Source: a virus (Duplodnaviria > Caudoviricetes). From it: 31,568 nucleotides of DNA. The stretch is from IMG/VR virus record IMGVR_UViG_3300020161_002333, positions 1 through 31,568 of that record. The stretch is one strand, 5' to 3'. Positions within the stretch are counted from its first letter, which is position 1, and each line of letters begins with the position of its first letter. Position numbers and translations under genes: made by a program. This document shows positions 31,316 to 31,568 of this stretch, piece by piece. The notes below the pieces were generated by a model. That model had not been told where the DNA came from. It did not search any database and saw nothing but the letters and a program-made list of their open reading frames with translations.

Positions 31316-31568
31316 GTGAACTACCCCGCCCTAAAGGACGTGGCTTCCTGCTTCATTGATCCCAAGTAATTGACCTACCATAATTGATATATCAACCTTG
31401 GGATCTCCACAGGCATTAAATTGGGCAGTTCCTGCCCTATCGATATTAATTGCTGCATTTAAATCGCGATCTATTACAGATCCACAGCTGCAACAATTAT
31501 AAACTCGTTCGGATAACTCGATATCTCGTATGCTTCCGCAGTTTGAACAAGTCTTGCTAGACGGATAA
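31316..31568 (-). mobile_element. IS200/IS605-family element right end (partial), including the probable omega-RNA region
   Basis: The tnpB 3' end is followed by GAAGCCACGTCCTTTAGGGCGGGGTAGTTCAC; hairpin GATCCCAAG/CTTGGGATC at 31358-31405. Confidence 0.85.
31331..31567 (-). CDS. tnpB: TnpB RNA-guided endonuclease C-terminus (partial, absent from the ORF track)
   Basis: YPSSKTCSNCG...YNCCSCG...DRDLNAAINI: zinc ribbon and RuvC-III motif. Confidence 0.92.
   Translation of the reverse strand, partial: YPSSKTCSNCGSIRDIELSERVYNCCSCGSVIDRDLNAAINIDRAGTAQFNACGDPKVDISIMVGQLLGINEAGSHVL

Overview
AT-rich segment of a large T4-like (jumbo-type) myovirus genome, standard genetic code, with almost all genes on the minus strand. 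Right to left it holds a partial IS200/IS605-type TnpB element, a late/virion module (tail-tube-like protein, gp4-like head completion nuclease, small and large terminase, candidate internal head proteins) and a replication/recombination module (gp32 SSB, UvsX, UvsY, UvsW, gp62-like clamp loader subunit, a 193-aa minimal DnaE-like polymerase core, primase, gp41 helicase). About 9 kb (roughly 29%) is selfish DNA: five inteins, six free-standing endonucleases and TnpB. The most striking feature is the large terminase. It is encoded as three separate polypeptides that must be joined by two different atypically split inteins, plus one cis-splicing Ala1 class 3 intein, and each break holds a free-standing endonuclease with its own late promoter. 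The gp41 helicase is also fractured by a split intein. Non-coding signals include an 83-nt structured leader shared by two unrelated homing endonuclease genes, a T4 gene 32-like pseudoknot operator upstream of ssb, four consensus or near-consensus sigma70 promoters and many TAAATA late promoters. All assignments come from manual motif recognition; no searches were run.
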